A stretch of DNA of 64,000 bases, taken from the NCBI GenBank assembly GCA_040264655.1, contig JBDQHW010000011.1:5506-69505 (forward strand). Reading direction: 5' to 3'. The notes beneath the pieces are model-generated. The model had not been told where the DNA came from. It did not search any database and worked only from the letters and a program-made list of their open reading frames with translations. This document shows, piece by piece, positions 8,503-18,012 of the stretch. The position numbers were made by a program, and so were the translations under genes. The stretch is from Dehalococcoidia bacterium. Its GTDB lineage: Bacteria; Chloroflexota; Dehalococcoidia; Lucifugimonadales; Lucifugimonadaceae. How positions within the stretch are numbered: the first letter of the stretch is position 1; every line of letters starts with the position of its first letter.

Positions 8503-9336
8503 ATGAATCAGAATTTTGAAATGCTCGCGGGAACCCTCTCGACTGTAGGTGCTCGGATAACTCATCTTGAGACGACGTCTTCGAGTATGGACGTTGCTTG
8601 GCAACAGGCTCAGGAAGGTGCACCAGATGGCACTATTGTTGTCGCTGATCACCAGACAGCAGGGCGGGGACGTCATGACCGATCTTGGGTATCAAGGCAG
8701 GCTCAAGACATTTTGTGCTCAGTCGTGTTGCGACCAAGAGTGTCTTTGGCAGGCGAACTACTAATGCTCGCAGCACTTGCAGTAACCGATGTGACCGATT
8801 CGCTTGGTGTCGATGCTGGAATCAAATGGCCCAACGATGTTCAGGTAAAAGGTTTGAAACTGGCGGGCGTGATTGCTGAGTCGAAAACCGGGCCTGAACC
8901 GGCAGTGTTACCAGGTGCCGACAACTCGAGCGGTGAAGTTGAAGATGTTGAACGAATTACGGCGGTACTCGGAATCGGACTCAATGTGAATTTCGATCCC
9001 TCAACTGAACCGGATGCAGCGCCGGAATCAACCAGTCTTTCTCGAGAGCTTGGTCGTGTTGTTGATCGCAAAGAGGTATTTCTGGAACTGATGCGTGCGT
9101 TGGAATCGGGTTATTCCGCTATTACTTCAGGCGATTCGATTGTTCCGAAATGGCGAAACCGGTTAACGACGTTGGGAAGAGAAGTAACTATCGCCAGCGG
9201 TATGCCGGGTGATTCGATCGATCTGCAAGGTGTGGCTCACGACGTTGATTCAATTGGGCGACTGATAGTTCGCGATGAAAACGGTCGAGATTGGCCCGTT
9301 GCAGCGGGCGAAGTCACCGTACGTGATATCAAGTAG
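8503..9336 (+). CDS. birA: Biotin--[acetyl-CoA-carboxylase] ligase (no N-terminal HTH)
   Basis: 'QTAGRGR', 'KWPNDV', 'KLAGV', 'GIGLNVN'. Start likely ATG 8503; the track gives 8431. Confidence 0.92.
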   Translation: MNQNFEMLAGTLSTVGARITHLETTSSSMDVAWQQAQEGAPDGTIVVADHQTAGRGRHDRSWVSRQAQDILCSVVLRPRVSLAGELLMLAALAVTDVTDSLGVDAGIKWPNDVQVKGLKLAGVIAESKTGPEPAVLPGADNSSGEVEDVERITAVLGIGLNVNFDPSTEPDAAPESTSLSRELGRVVDRKEVFLELMRALESGYSAITSGDSIVPKWRNRLTTLGREVTIASGMPGDSIDLQGVAHDVDSIGRLIVRDENGRDWPVAAGEVTVRDIK

Positions 9337-9338
9337 CG

Positions 9339-9605
9339 ATGAAATCACGAATCACCATTCGTCTGCAACCGCGGGCATCACGTGACGAGATCATCGGTTG
9401 GAATGATGAACGTGCGCTGCGCGTACGTGTGAAGGCTCCACCTGTTGACGGAGCAGCAAACGCAGCTCTTGTCCAGCTCCTTGCGAAATTGGTTGGTGTC
9501 CCGAAATATAAAGTGACGCTGGTTTCGGGCGCGACCGCACGCAATAAGATCGTCGAAATAGAAGGGTTATCGAACGACGATCTGAAGAATCGGCTGCCTA
9601 ATTAG
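9339..9605 (+). CDS. yggU: DUF167 (YggU/UPF0235) protein
   Basis: 'LRVRVKAPPVDGAAN', 'SGATARNK'. Confidence 0.9.
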   Translation: MKSRITIRLQPRASRDEIIGWNDERALRVRVKAPPVDGAANAALVQLLAKLVGVPKYKVTLVSGATARNKIVEIEGLSNDDLKNRLPN

Positions 9606-9853
9606 GTTCGCCTTAGAGCGTCCGACACGGTGAACAGCACCAGAATCACGATCATCGGACTAATGTCGATCATGCCGATTCGCGGGATTAATCGTGATGC
9701 CGGGATCATTACCGGATCGGTCACCTGATACAGGAGTTGAACGATCGGGTGACGTCGTGCGTCAGGGAACCAGGACGACAATGCTCTTGCCACGATTAGG
9801 TAGCCGAACATCTGTAACAGCCAACCTATGTATGCGAGTAGTCCTTCGCTCAT
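9602..9853 (-). CDS. yggT: YggT family membrane protein
   Basis: 'LSSWFP', 'VTDPVM.P..RLIP.IGMIDISP'. Follows proC. Confidence 0.9.
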   Translation of the reverse strand: MSEGLLAYIGWLLQMFGYLIVARALSSWFPDARRHPIVQLLYQVTDPVMIPASRLIPRIGMIDISPMIVILVLFTVSDALRRT

Positions 9854-10650
9854 TTACCGCCAGCCAGTTCTTCGCCTCGCTCGTACGCTGAACGGACGGC
9901 TTTAGCGATAGTCGCTCTAAAACCGCTTTCTTCCAAGGCTGCAAGACCAGCAGCGGTTGTACCGGCCGGTGAAGTGACCATATTGCGAAGTTCAGCAGGG
10001 TGTTTGCCTGACTCGCGTTGAAGAGCAGCGCTTCCGAGCACTGTCTGTGATGCGAGATGTCGAGCGACGTGTACTGGCAGTCCTAGTTCGACTCCGACGT
10101 CGGCAAGAGCTTCGATCATCACGAACACATAGCCAGGACCACTACCGCTTAGAGCGGTTGCAATATCGATGTTTTTTTCATCGCTGAACTTAAGCTCATC
10201 ACCGATAGCTTTGAGCATGCTGCCAACGAAATCGAGCGTTGGCTGATCAACCTCATCCGAGGCGTGCCACGCTGAAATGCCTTTACGGATTTGGGCGGGG
10301 GTGTTCGGCATTACCCGAATTAGCTTGGTGTGACCGAGCTTGAGCCCGATCGAATGCATCTTCACACCGGCCATGATCGAAAGCACGGTCTGGTCAGAAT
10401 TGAGCACACCCTTCAGCTCTTCAGCCACAGAATCAAGCTGTTGCGGCTTAACGGAAAGAACGATGATGTCGGCTCCGCTCACTGCTTCCTTGTTGCTGTC
10501 GGTAGCTTCAACGCCGAGGTCGTTTTGCAGCGACTCTCGTCTTACCGCAAAGGGTTCACCAACAATGATGCTGGCATCTAGTCCAGCATCTTTTACTCCG
10601 GCGATTATGGCCTGTGCCATTACTCCGCCACCAATGAATGCAATTCGCAT
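9850..10650 (-). CDS. proC: Pyrroline-5-carboxylate reductase
   Basis: 'FIGGGVMA', 'VKPQ', 'RVMPNTP', 'TALSGSGP', 'VTSPAGTT'. Confidence 0.96.
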   Translation of the reverse strand: MRIAFIGGGVMAQAIIAGVKDAGLDASIIVGEPFAVRRESLQNDLGVEATDSNKEAVSGADIIVLSVKPQQLDSVAEELKGVLNSDQTVLSIMAGVKMHSIGLKLGHTKLIRVMPNTPAQIRKGISAWHASDEVDQPTLDFVGSMLKAIGDELKFSDEKNIDIATALSGSGPGYVFVMIEALADVGVELGLPVHVARHLASQTVLGSAALQRESGKHPAELRNMVTSPAGTTAAGLAALEESGFRATIAKAVRSAYERGEELAGGK

Positions 10651-10786
10651 ATTCGAAAACCGTGTGATTTGATTTGTACTCGTAGCTTGATTGCTACAAG
10701 CGCACTAATGCTTCGATTATACGGACGACCGCAGCCGGACTTCTCGGAAAATTAGTGCCTAGTTTTAGTGTCTGAATACTGTTTCT

Positions 10787-11794
10787 CTAAGTTGAGAGAC
10801 CTTTTCGAGATGCCAGAGAGGCACCTAGCTTCAGCGCTTCGATCATGCTTATCTCGCTGGCAATACCGGTTCCAGCGATGTCGAATGCTGTGCCGTGGTC
10901 GACCGATGTTCGCAAGAACGGCAATCCCAAGTTCACCGTTACCGATTCTTCGACACCGTAGACCTTGATCGGGATATGTCCCTGATCGTGATACATCACA
11001 ACAACAACGTCATATTTTCCAGCTGACGCGCTGTTGAATACTGTGTCGGCTGGATGCGGTCCACTTGCGTCGATTCCTTCCGCGATTGCTTGTGCGACAG
11101 CAGGAGCAATCTCATCGGCCTCTTCACTGCCAATCAGGCCGTTGTCTGAAGCGTGTGGGTTCAAAGCTGCGATGGCGATGCGAGGTTTTTCGAATCCCCA
11201 TTCGTTGAACATTTTTTGAGTGAGGCGAGTGGCGGTCATGATGTTCTCGGTTGTCACATACTTCACAGCTTCACCGAGTGACTTGTGCGTCGAAAGGTGC
11301 ATGCATCGCATCTGACCGCTCACAAGCATCGTCGCTACGTAGCTTGATCCTGAAAGACGCTTGAACACTTCCATGTGCCCTGTGTCTTTGCTGCCACCCA
11401 TGTTCCATGACTCTTTGTTGACGGGGGCTGTGACCATGCCTTCAACCGAGCCGGCCATACACATCTTTGCGGCCTCTTCCACCCACAGGTGGCTCGCAGC
11501 TCCTGATCCGGCGTCATGTTTACCAATCGGGAATTCCGTGCCCTCCCAGTCGGCAGGAGAAATGACTTCGATTGTTCCTGGTTCGCATTTGGCGTCGGAT
11601 GGAGAGCTGACACCGACAATCGAATCGTTGGAGCCGATCGCTTTGACTGCTTTCTCCATGACGTTCACAGTGCCGACGAGAACGGGACGCATGATGTCGT
11701 ACATCAAGCGGTCCTGAAGGGCTTTGGCGACTACCTCCGGTCCGATCCCTGAAGGATCACCGATGGTTACTGCGAGAAGAGGTTTATCTGTCAT
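10787..11794 (-). CDS. pdxA: 4-hydroxythreonine-4-phosphate dehydrogenase PdxA family (possibly PdxA2 threonate/erythronate-4-phosphate dehydrogenase)
   Basis: 'GDPSGIGPEV', 'TAPVNK', 'GH.E', 'LNPHA', 'MYHDQGHIP', 'RTSVDHGTAFDIAG'. Confidence 0.9.
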   Translation of the reverse strand: MTDKPLLAVTIGDPSGIGPEVVAKALQDRLMYDIMRPVLVGTVNVMEKAVKAIGSNDSIVGVSSPSDAKCEPGTIEVISPADWEGTEFPIGKHDAGSGAASHLWVEEAAKMCMAGSVEGMVTAPVNKESWNMGGSKDTGHMEVFKRLSGSSYVATMLVSGQMRCMHLSTHKSLGEAVKYVTTENIMTATRLTQKMFNEWGFEKPRIAIAALNPHASDNGLIGSEEADEIAPAVAQAIAEGIDASGPHPADTVFNSASAGKYDVVVVMYHDQGHIPIKVYGVEESVTVNLGLPFLRTSVDHGTAFDIAGTGIASEISMIEALKLGASLASRKGLST

Positions 11795-11898
11795 GTAGGC
11801 GTGTTTCGTTTTCAATGCTGGGCGGTGAAGAGAACTTAGGTTACCTGTTCAGGTTCTCTTCAACATGTGTACAGGTGAGTATCGCTAAGAGTTTTGAC

Positions 11899-11938
11899 AA
11901 AAAAAGAGGCCGACTAGATTTCTCCAGTCGACCTCTTT
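11899..11938 (-). terminator. Rho-independent terminator after nrdJ
   Basis: AGAGGcCGACT...AGTCGaCCTCT stem with a U-tract on the minus strand. Confidence 0.75.
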
Positions 11939-11957
11939 CTAAATTGCTATCTACGAA

Positions 11958-14402
11958 TTAGCACTTGCTGTAGCCACATGAGAAGCACTTCAAGCAGCCT
12001 TCAACATGGGCAACCGTTGATGAGCACTCAGGGCAAAGTTCGCCTGTCATAGCTCCAACTGGTACAGCAACCTTCTCCTCTTGTCCCATCATCGGAACAG
12101 CCTGAGCAGTCGGCATTCCTAGTTCCTTAGGAGTAGGTGCGTTGAACATTCCTGCCTGGCTCGACTCGGATTCAGCAAGTTCGTCCTGAGCTGGAAGTGC
12201 AGCAGCCTCTGCATTGATTCGGTCGAGTACCGAAGCAATTGCGTCTGGAACTGAACGGATCATTTCACCTTCGTCCCAAGCCGGAACGTCGGTGATGCCG
12301 CGGAGCTGTTCAGAAACATCGACAGGGTCGATTCCTGAACGCAGTGACAATGAAGCCATTCGCGATACAGCCTCTGCCATCGCAGCGTCGTTACCACCTG
12401 CTTTACCGTGAGTTGCGAACACTTCGAACGGGCGACCATCACTTGCCATGTTCACCGTAACGAAAAGGTTTCCACGTCCGGTTCGAACTCGGCGAGTAAT
12501 TCCGTTGAGCATTGCAGGTCGCTCCGAAGGAGTGATGTACTGCGGAATGTCAATTGTGTTCGCGTCTGAATCGTCAACCGACTGTGCACTATCTGTCGTG
12601 CCGGCGGTAAGAACTTCTTTGTCACGTGAACCGGCTCGGTAAACAGTGATGCCCTTGCAAGCGGTTTCCCATGCGAGGAGGTAAGCGTCTTCAACATCTT
12701 CGACAGTTGCTTCATTAGGGAAGTTGACCGTCTTAGAAATTCCTGCGTCAGTGCTCTCTTGGAAAGCAGCCTGCATCAGTACATGGTCACGAGGTGAGAT
12801 GTCTGAAGCAACGTGGAACAGGCGCTTCACGTCGTCCGGCACGTCATCTCGATCCTGAAGTGATCCACCGTCAGAGAGGTGCTCCAGCAGGTCTTCACTG
12901 TAGAAGCCACGTTCTTTAGAAATTCGCTCGAAGTTCTTGTCGACGTAGAACAGAGTCTTGCCTTCAAGAATGTTCTGCTTGCGGAAAGCTAGTGCGAAGA
13001 TCGGCTCGATACCACTGGATGCACCAGCGATCATCGAGATAGTTCCAGTTGGAGCAACCGTAAGTCGGCATGCGTTTCGATAAGGCTTGTCACCGCGCTT
13101 GGCAGCTTCAGAATCGTGCCAAGCTGGGAACGCACCGCGCTCTTCAGCCATTGCCATCGACTCTTGATCAGCGTTGTCTCGGATGAAAGCCATCAGCTTG
13201 CGACCGAGTTCGACAGCCTCTTCAGTGTCATAAGGAATGCCGAGTTGAACAAGCATGTCGGCGAAGCCCATGAGTCCCAGACCAAGCTTGCGAGTCGACT
13301 GAGTCATTGTCTCAATGGCTTCAACTGCGTACTTGTTGGCATCGATGACGTTGTCGAGCATGCGAGTTGCAGTTCGGATGGTCTGACCAAGTCGATCCCA
13401 ATTGAGGTCGGTTAGGCCAGCTTCGTCAGTTTCTAGGAACTTCGCTACGTCGATAGAACCGAGGTTGCAAGATTCGTTTGGTAGCAGAGGCTGCTCACCA
13501 CAAGGGTTTGTAGCTGTGATTCGACCGAGGTGCAGCACTGGGCTGTTTCGGTTGACTTCGTCCAGGAAGATCATTCCTGGCTCACCGTTTCTCCAAGCGC
13601 CGTAGACGATCTTGCTGAAGACCTCACGGGCATTTAGTCGGTCGACTTCAACCATTTCGCTGTCGAGATCAGAAGGGTCGCTTAGCGCTCGAAGAGCATA
13701 TGTAGTGTCGTCCTTCACTGCCTGCATGAACTCGTCTGAAGCTCCGACAGAAATGTTGAAGTTGTGGATTTCACCTTCAACCTGTTTGCAGTCGATGAAT
13801 TCGAGAATATCTGGGTGGTGTACGTCCATAACGGCCATGTTTGCACCGTCACGTTTACCGCCTTGGGTAACGAGGGTAGAAACGGACGAGAGATGACGAA
13901 GCACTTGAATTGGACCGCATGCCTTACCGTGAGTGGTAGCGATTCCTGCATCTTTAGGGCGAAGCTCAGAGAGTGCGAAACCAGTTCCGCCACCAAACTT
14001 CTGAACCATTGCAGCATCGTGAGCAGCACCCATGATGCCTTCCATGCTGTCGGTAAGAGGAAGCACGAAACATGCAGATAGTGTGCCTGCGCCGGTGCCC
14101 GCATTCATCATCGTTGGAGAGTTTGGAAGGTACTCAAGACTTGCCATCATCTCGAAGAAGCTTTCTTCAATGGCAGCAACTTCAGAAGGAGTCTTTTCGT
14201 ACTTGAACTCAGGAGCCGCAAGAGCCTTAGCAACTCGGCGGAACATGCCTTCAGGAGTTTCGATAATTTCTCCTGAATCATTTTTCTGTAAATAACGTTT
14301 ATCAAGAACCACACGTGCATTGTCTGAAATCACTGCTGGTGTGAATTCTTCTGTTGAGGTAGTGGCGTTCGTGCTCATGTGTGTGTCCTGCGTAGTGGTC
14401 AT
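11958..14402 (-). CDS. nrdJ: Class II (adenosylcobalamin-dependent) ribonucleotide reductase with C-terminal TSCPD/Zn-ribbon region
   Basis: 'PNSPTMMNAG', 'SACFV', 'TNPCGEQPL', 'APTGTIS', 'KGITVYR'. C-terminus 'CPEC...GCLKCFSCGYSKC'. Confidence 0.93.
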   Translation of the reverse strand: MTTTQDTHMSTNATTSTEEFTPAVISDNARVVLDKRYLQKNDSGEIIETPEGMFRRVAKALAAPEFKYEKTPSEVAAIEESFFEMMASLEYLPNSPTMMNAGTGAGTLSACFVLPLTDSMEGIMGAAHDAAMVQKFGGGTGFALSELRPKDAGIATTHGKACGPIQVLRHLSSVSTLVTQGGKRDGANMAVMDVHHPDILEFIDCKQVEGEIHNFNISVGASDEFMQAVKDDTTYALRALSDPSDLDSEMVEVDRLNAREVFSKIVYGAWRNGEPGMIFLDEVNRNSPVLHLGRITATNPCGEQPLLPNESCNLGSIDVAKFLETDEAGLTDLNWDRLGQTIRTATRMLDNVIDANKYAVEAIETMTQSTRKLGLGLMGFADMLVQLGIPYDTEEAVELGRKLMAFIRDNADQESMAMAEERGAFPAWHDSEAAKRGDKPYRNACRLTVAPTGTISMIAGASSGIEPIFALAFRKQNILEGKTLFYVDKNFERISKERGFYSEDLLEHLSDGGSLQDRDDVPDDVKRLFHVASDISPRDHVLMQAAFQESTDAGISKTVNFPNEATVEDVEDAYLLAWETACKGITVYRAGSRDKEVLTAGTTDSAQSVDDSDANTIDIPQYITPSERPAMLNGITRRVRTGRGNLFVTVNMASDGRPFEVFATHGKAGGNDAAMAEAVSRMASLSLRSGIDPVDVSEQLRGITDVPAWDEGEMIRSVPDAIASVLDRINAEAAALPAQDELAESESSQAGMFNAPTPKELGMPTAQAVPMMGQEEKVAVPVGAMTGELCPECSSTVAHVEGCLKCFSCGYSKC

Positions 14403-14507
14403 TTATCTTCTTTTCGTGCGTTTCAAAGTGGGTGATTTATATTTTTGCCAGCCCTGGCAGTTCTGCTGTAACTGCCGCCGATGAACCCGGGGTTCTTGGC
14501 AGAGTGT

Positions 14508-15053
14508 TTAGCTCTGCCTTGCCCTCCGGCGGCGGCCTCGTTGAGCCAGCCGGGGGACATCATCCTCTATTAGCCGTAATTGGCTTTTTGACCCGTTGTC
14601 TTCGTCGTTTGGATCTGTCAACGCCTCCACCTCTTTAGTAAAGGAATCGACATCCTGAAAGTCTCTATAGACCGAAGCGAACCTTATATAGGCGACTCGG
14701 TCTAGAAGTTTCAGCCTTTCAATGCACATTTCTCCGAGAACTCTCGCTTCGACTTCAGCCTTCGAGAGTTTGTGCAGCTCGTTTTCTATGTCGACAACCA
14801 TCTTAGAAATGGCGCCAACCTCCAAGGGTCTCTTGGCACATGCCGTCTGCAACGACCGCTCTAACTTGTCCGTCGAAAATGCCTCTCGACGTCCATCCCG
14901 CTTAGCGATCATCAGTGGCATCGAATGCACTTTTTCGTAGGTTGTGAAACGAAGCTCACACCTTATGCATTCACGTCGACGACGCACGCCATCGGGCGCT
15001 TCCCGCGAATCGATTACGCGGGATTCATTGTTTCCACAGAAGGGACAATGCAT
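14508..15053 (-). CDS. nrdR: Transcriptional repressor NrdR
   Basis: 'MHCPFCG', 'RRRRECIRC..RFTTYE', ATP-cone, 'VAYIRFASVYR'. Confidence 0.97.
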   Translation of the reverse strand: MHCPFCGNNESRVIDSREAPDGVRRRRECIRCELRFTTYEKVHSMPLMIAKRDGRREAFSTDKLERSLQTACAKRPLEVGAISKMVVDIENELHKLSKAEVEARVLGEMCIERLKLLDRVAYIRFASVYRDFQDVDSFTKEVEALTDPNDEDNGSKSQLRLIEDDVPRLAQRGRRRRARQS

Positions 15054-15204
15054 TGCCTGAAACGTGCCTTACTTACTTGGTCCGTACATGCCACGAGGAG
15101 ACTGTTCCGTTTCGGGGTGAATTTCTCGATTCAGACCCGGTTTACGGAGCAGTGTGTAAAACGATTTGTTGAACACGCCACCTTGCGGCTGCGGACACAG
15201 CCAA

Positions 15205-15261
15205 ACCCCACATTTAGTGGTGTGCATCGGAGACTACCACTAGCCATAGAGGGTGTGTCAA
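15205..15261 (-). promoter_or_regulatory. Tandem NrdR boxes overlapping the nrdR-nrdJ promoter
   Basis: ACCCCACATTTAGTGG (15205-15220) and CCACTAGCCATAGAGG (15237-15252), 32 bp apart, resemble the consensus acaCwAtATaTwGtg. TTGACA on the minus strand at 15261-15256. Confidence 0.7.
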
Positions 15262-15569
15262 TCCTTGGTGTCAGCCGGTTTGCTCGGGTTCTTCATAAAA
15301 AATCACCTCAGCAACTGGCGAAATTGCTGTGACCAGCGAGTGATGCAATCTAGCAATAATTCCGACGTTTTTCGTCGTGTCAGTTGGGCTGTAGTTCAAG
15401 AATTGCGTTTCCCTAAAAGCTGGGAATTGATTTCTTACCACCTAGCTTCGTGGAGATTAATCCGTAAAGTCTTACAACCGTTCCTCAGGGACGGAACCAA
15501 TATTCGTTATTGCTTGCGATTCATCGAGCTTCGCGACCGGCAATAAAAGTAATGACAGGGTAGTGCGGA

Positions 15570-16619
15570 ATGAAAAACGCTTGGGCAGTACGAATTGCTA
15601 CGGATGAAGTACTGGAAACATCGGTTCAACTCGGTGTTAAGAACATCATCTTCTACGGTGGTCCAGGTGCTGGGTTCCAGCCAGCCAGCGATAAACCTCT
15701 CGAGAAAGAGCGCAATACTTTCGAAGATTACGTGGCGCTTCGCGAACGCGTCGAATCATATGGGCTGACGATAGCGGGTTGCGAGAACGGGTTCATCTCA
15801 GATCCTAAGTTTTATGACATTGCGTTCGGTGGCCCCAAGCGAGATGAGTTAATAGATCTACTCGCTGCCGAAATTACCGATATGGGACGTGCTGGTGTTC
15901 CGATTCTGGCTTACAACTGGATGCCGAACTCCGTCTGGCGCTCGGGCGGAACACAAATTCGCGGCGGAACGGATGTGACTGCTTGGGATAACGACGCCAC
16001 CGATCAACATTCGATCCTAGACATAACGCCCGAGACAGAAGCTCTTCTCGCTGGGTACGACACTTCGCGAAAGAACATGTGGGAGTGTCTTGAGTACTGG
16101 ATCAAGACGATCACACCTATCGCAGAGTCAGCGGGAATCAAACTGGGTATTCACCCCGACGACCCGCCTGTGCCGGAACTAGGCGGTGTTCCGAGGCTTC
16201 TAGGCAGCTTCGACGCTTACAAACGCCTTACATCGATCGTCGACAGTCCTTACAACGGTATTGAGTTTTGCCAGGGTACCTTCTCGGAAATGGAAGACGC
16301 TCGGGATGGCGGAATTTACGAGATGATCAAATACTTCGCTGAGCGCGACAAAGTTCTTTACGTTCACTTCCGCAACGTTTCGGGCACTGTTCCAAAGTTC
16401 AACGAAGAATTCATCAACACCGGATACGTCGACATGAAACGGGCGATGGAGACTTACAACGGCGCTGGATATGAAGGCGTTTTCATGGACGACCATTGCC
16501 CTGAGATCGTCGGTGACACAGTGTTCCCTGGCAACTGGGGTGGCTACCGATCAAGGATTTTCGCTCAAGGCTATATCCAAGCGATGCTGGAATCAGTGAC
16601 AGGCAAACGACCTGAATAA
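15570..16619 (+). CDS. uxuA: Mannonate dehydratase (UxuA) family protein
   Basis: 'YNWMP', 'HPDDPP', 'FCQGT', 'HFRNV', 'DH.P'. Substrate uncertain. Confidence 0.8.
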   Translation: MKNAWAVRIATDEVLETSVQLGVKNIIFYGGPGAGFQPASDKPLEKERNTFEDYVALRERVESYGLTIAGCENGFISDPKFYDIAFGGPKRDELIDLLAAEITDMGRAGVPILAYNWMPNSVWRSGGTQIRGGTDVTAWDNDATDQHSILDITPETEALLAGYDTSRKNMWECLEYWIKTITPIAESAGIKLGIHPDDPPVPELGGVPRLLGSFDAYKRLTSIVDSPYNGIEFCQGTFSEMEDARDGGIYEMIKYFAERDKVLYVHFRNVSGTVPKFNEEFINTGYVDMKRAMETYNGAGYEGVFMDDHCPEIVGDTVFPGNWGGYRSRIFAQGYIQAMLESVTGKRPE

Positions 16620-16651
16620 CTGCTCGCAGCGGCTCGTAGTTACAAGAACGC

Positions 16652-16694
16652 AAAAGACCCCAAGAGAAGGCCGGTTCTCTTGGGGTCTTATTTT
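16652..16694. terminator. Bidirectional terminator between uxuA-like gene and ftsZ
   Basis: AAGACCCCAAGAGAA-ggccgg-TTCTCTTGGGGTCTT, a 15-bp stem flanked by A/T runs. Confidence 0.85.
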
Positions 16695-16763
16695 GACTCA
16701 CACCTCAAATGCTTTTTAAGAACATCTGGGTAGAGCTATTTGAAAGTGGTTTTACTTTTTGGG

Positions 16764-17876
16764 TTAGTCACTTGCTGCCATCTCACGGGCTGAACGCCTG
16801 CGAGCTGAACGGTGATGTCGAAGGAACGGTGGAAGATCAAGAGCTTCTTCATCGCCAAGCACATCGCTGAGAGCTGCTGTTACGGCAGCTTCTTTTTCAG
16901 CCGACGCTTCTGCACCCGGGAATCCAGTCGCAATGATCGTCATCTTGACCTCGTTTTCCATCTTGGCGTCAGTGACCATACCGAAGATGATGTTGCAGTC
17001 TGGATCGACCATATTTGATACGACTTCAGAAGCCTGTTGTACTTCCTGAAGTGTCAGGTCGGTGCCACCGGTGACGTTGAAGATAACGCCGCGTGCACCT
17101 GCGATTGATACCTCAAGTAGAGGACTATCGATTGCAGCTTCAGCAGCCATGATTGCTCGGTCTTCACCTGAACCCTGACCAATTGCCATCCATGCAGGAC
17201 CGGCGTTGGACATGATTGCTTTGACGTCGGCGAAGTCGAGGTTGATTTCACCAGGCATCAGAATCAATTCAGCGATCGACTGCACACCTTGTCGCAGAAC
17301 GTCGTCTGCCATTCGGAATGCCATGTCCATTGAGAGGTTCTCGGTAGACATGATTAGAAGTCGGTCGTTTGGAATAACGATAAGCGTGTCGACAACTTCA
17401 GCAAGAGCCTTGATGCCTTCTTCAGCCTGTCGTCGTCGTCGTGCGCCTTCAAAGTTGAACGGCTTGGTTACAACACCAACGGTCAGTGCACCGAGTTCCT
17501 TGGCAACTTCAGCAACAACGGGAGATCCGCCTGTTCCTGTTCCGCCACCCATTCCAGCAGCGATGAATACAAGGTCGGCACCTTCAAGTGCTCGCTTGAT
17601 TTCATCTCGGTCTTCTTCGTGACATTCTCGACCCTTTGAAGGATCTCCACCAACACCGAGACCACGAGCTGTTCGGTCACCGACTCGAATTCGAATCGGA
17701 ACGTCAGAGCGAGTGAGTGCCTGAGCATCAGTGTTTACTGTGATGTATTCAACTTCAGGGATACGGTCTCGGTACATGCGTGACACGGCGTTTGAGCCAC
17801 CGCCACCTACACCAACGACTTTGATCGTTGCTGAGCCGATGTTTCCTTCGATTGGGGTTTGAGCCTGGTCGACCAT
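16764..17876 (-). CDS. ftsZ: Cell division protein FtsZ
   Basis: 'GVGGGGSNA', 'NTDAQAL', 'GMGGGTGTG', 'INLDFADV', C-terminal core 'LDLPPFLR'. Confidence 0.98.
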   Translation of the reverse strand: MVDQAQTPIEGNIGSATIKVVGVGGGGSNAVSRMYRDRIPEVEYITVNTDAQALTRSDVPIRIRVGDRTARGLGVGGDPSKGRECHEEDRDEIKRALEGADLVFIAAGMGGGTGTGGSPVVAEVAKELGALTVGVVTKPFNFEGARRRRQAEEGIKALAEVVDTLIVIPNDRLLIMSTENLSMDMAFRMADDVLRQGVQSIAELILMPGEINLDFADVKAIMSNAGPAWMAIGQGSGEDRAIMAAEAAIDSPLLEVSIAGARGVIFNVTGGTDLTLQEVQQASEVVSNMVDPDCNIIFGMVTDAKMENEVKMTIIATGFPGAEASAEKEAAVTAALSDVLGDEEALDLPPFLRHHRSARRRSAREMAASD

Positions 17877-18012
17877 TACTTATTTCTCCTGGGGATCGTC
17901 ATGCCGGTTTTTATTTGGCCTGCTGACCGCGGATGTTTGGGTTGGGCGCCGCTCGCTTGAGCGGCGTTGTGAGTTTTGTTAGCGCCCGAAAAGAGATTCT
18001 GTTCGCACGTAT

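Noticed and set aside
11958-14402. Intein or intron in nrdJ, or an upstream cobalamin riboswitch
   Set aside because: The ORF is continuous with normal length and motif spacing. No recognisable B12-box in the leaders.
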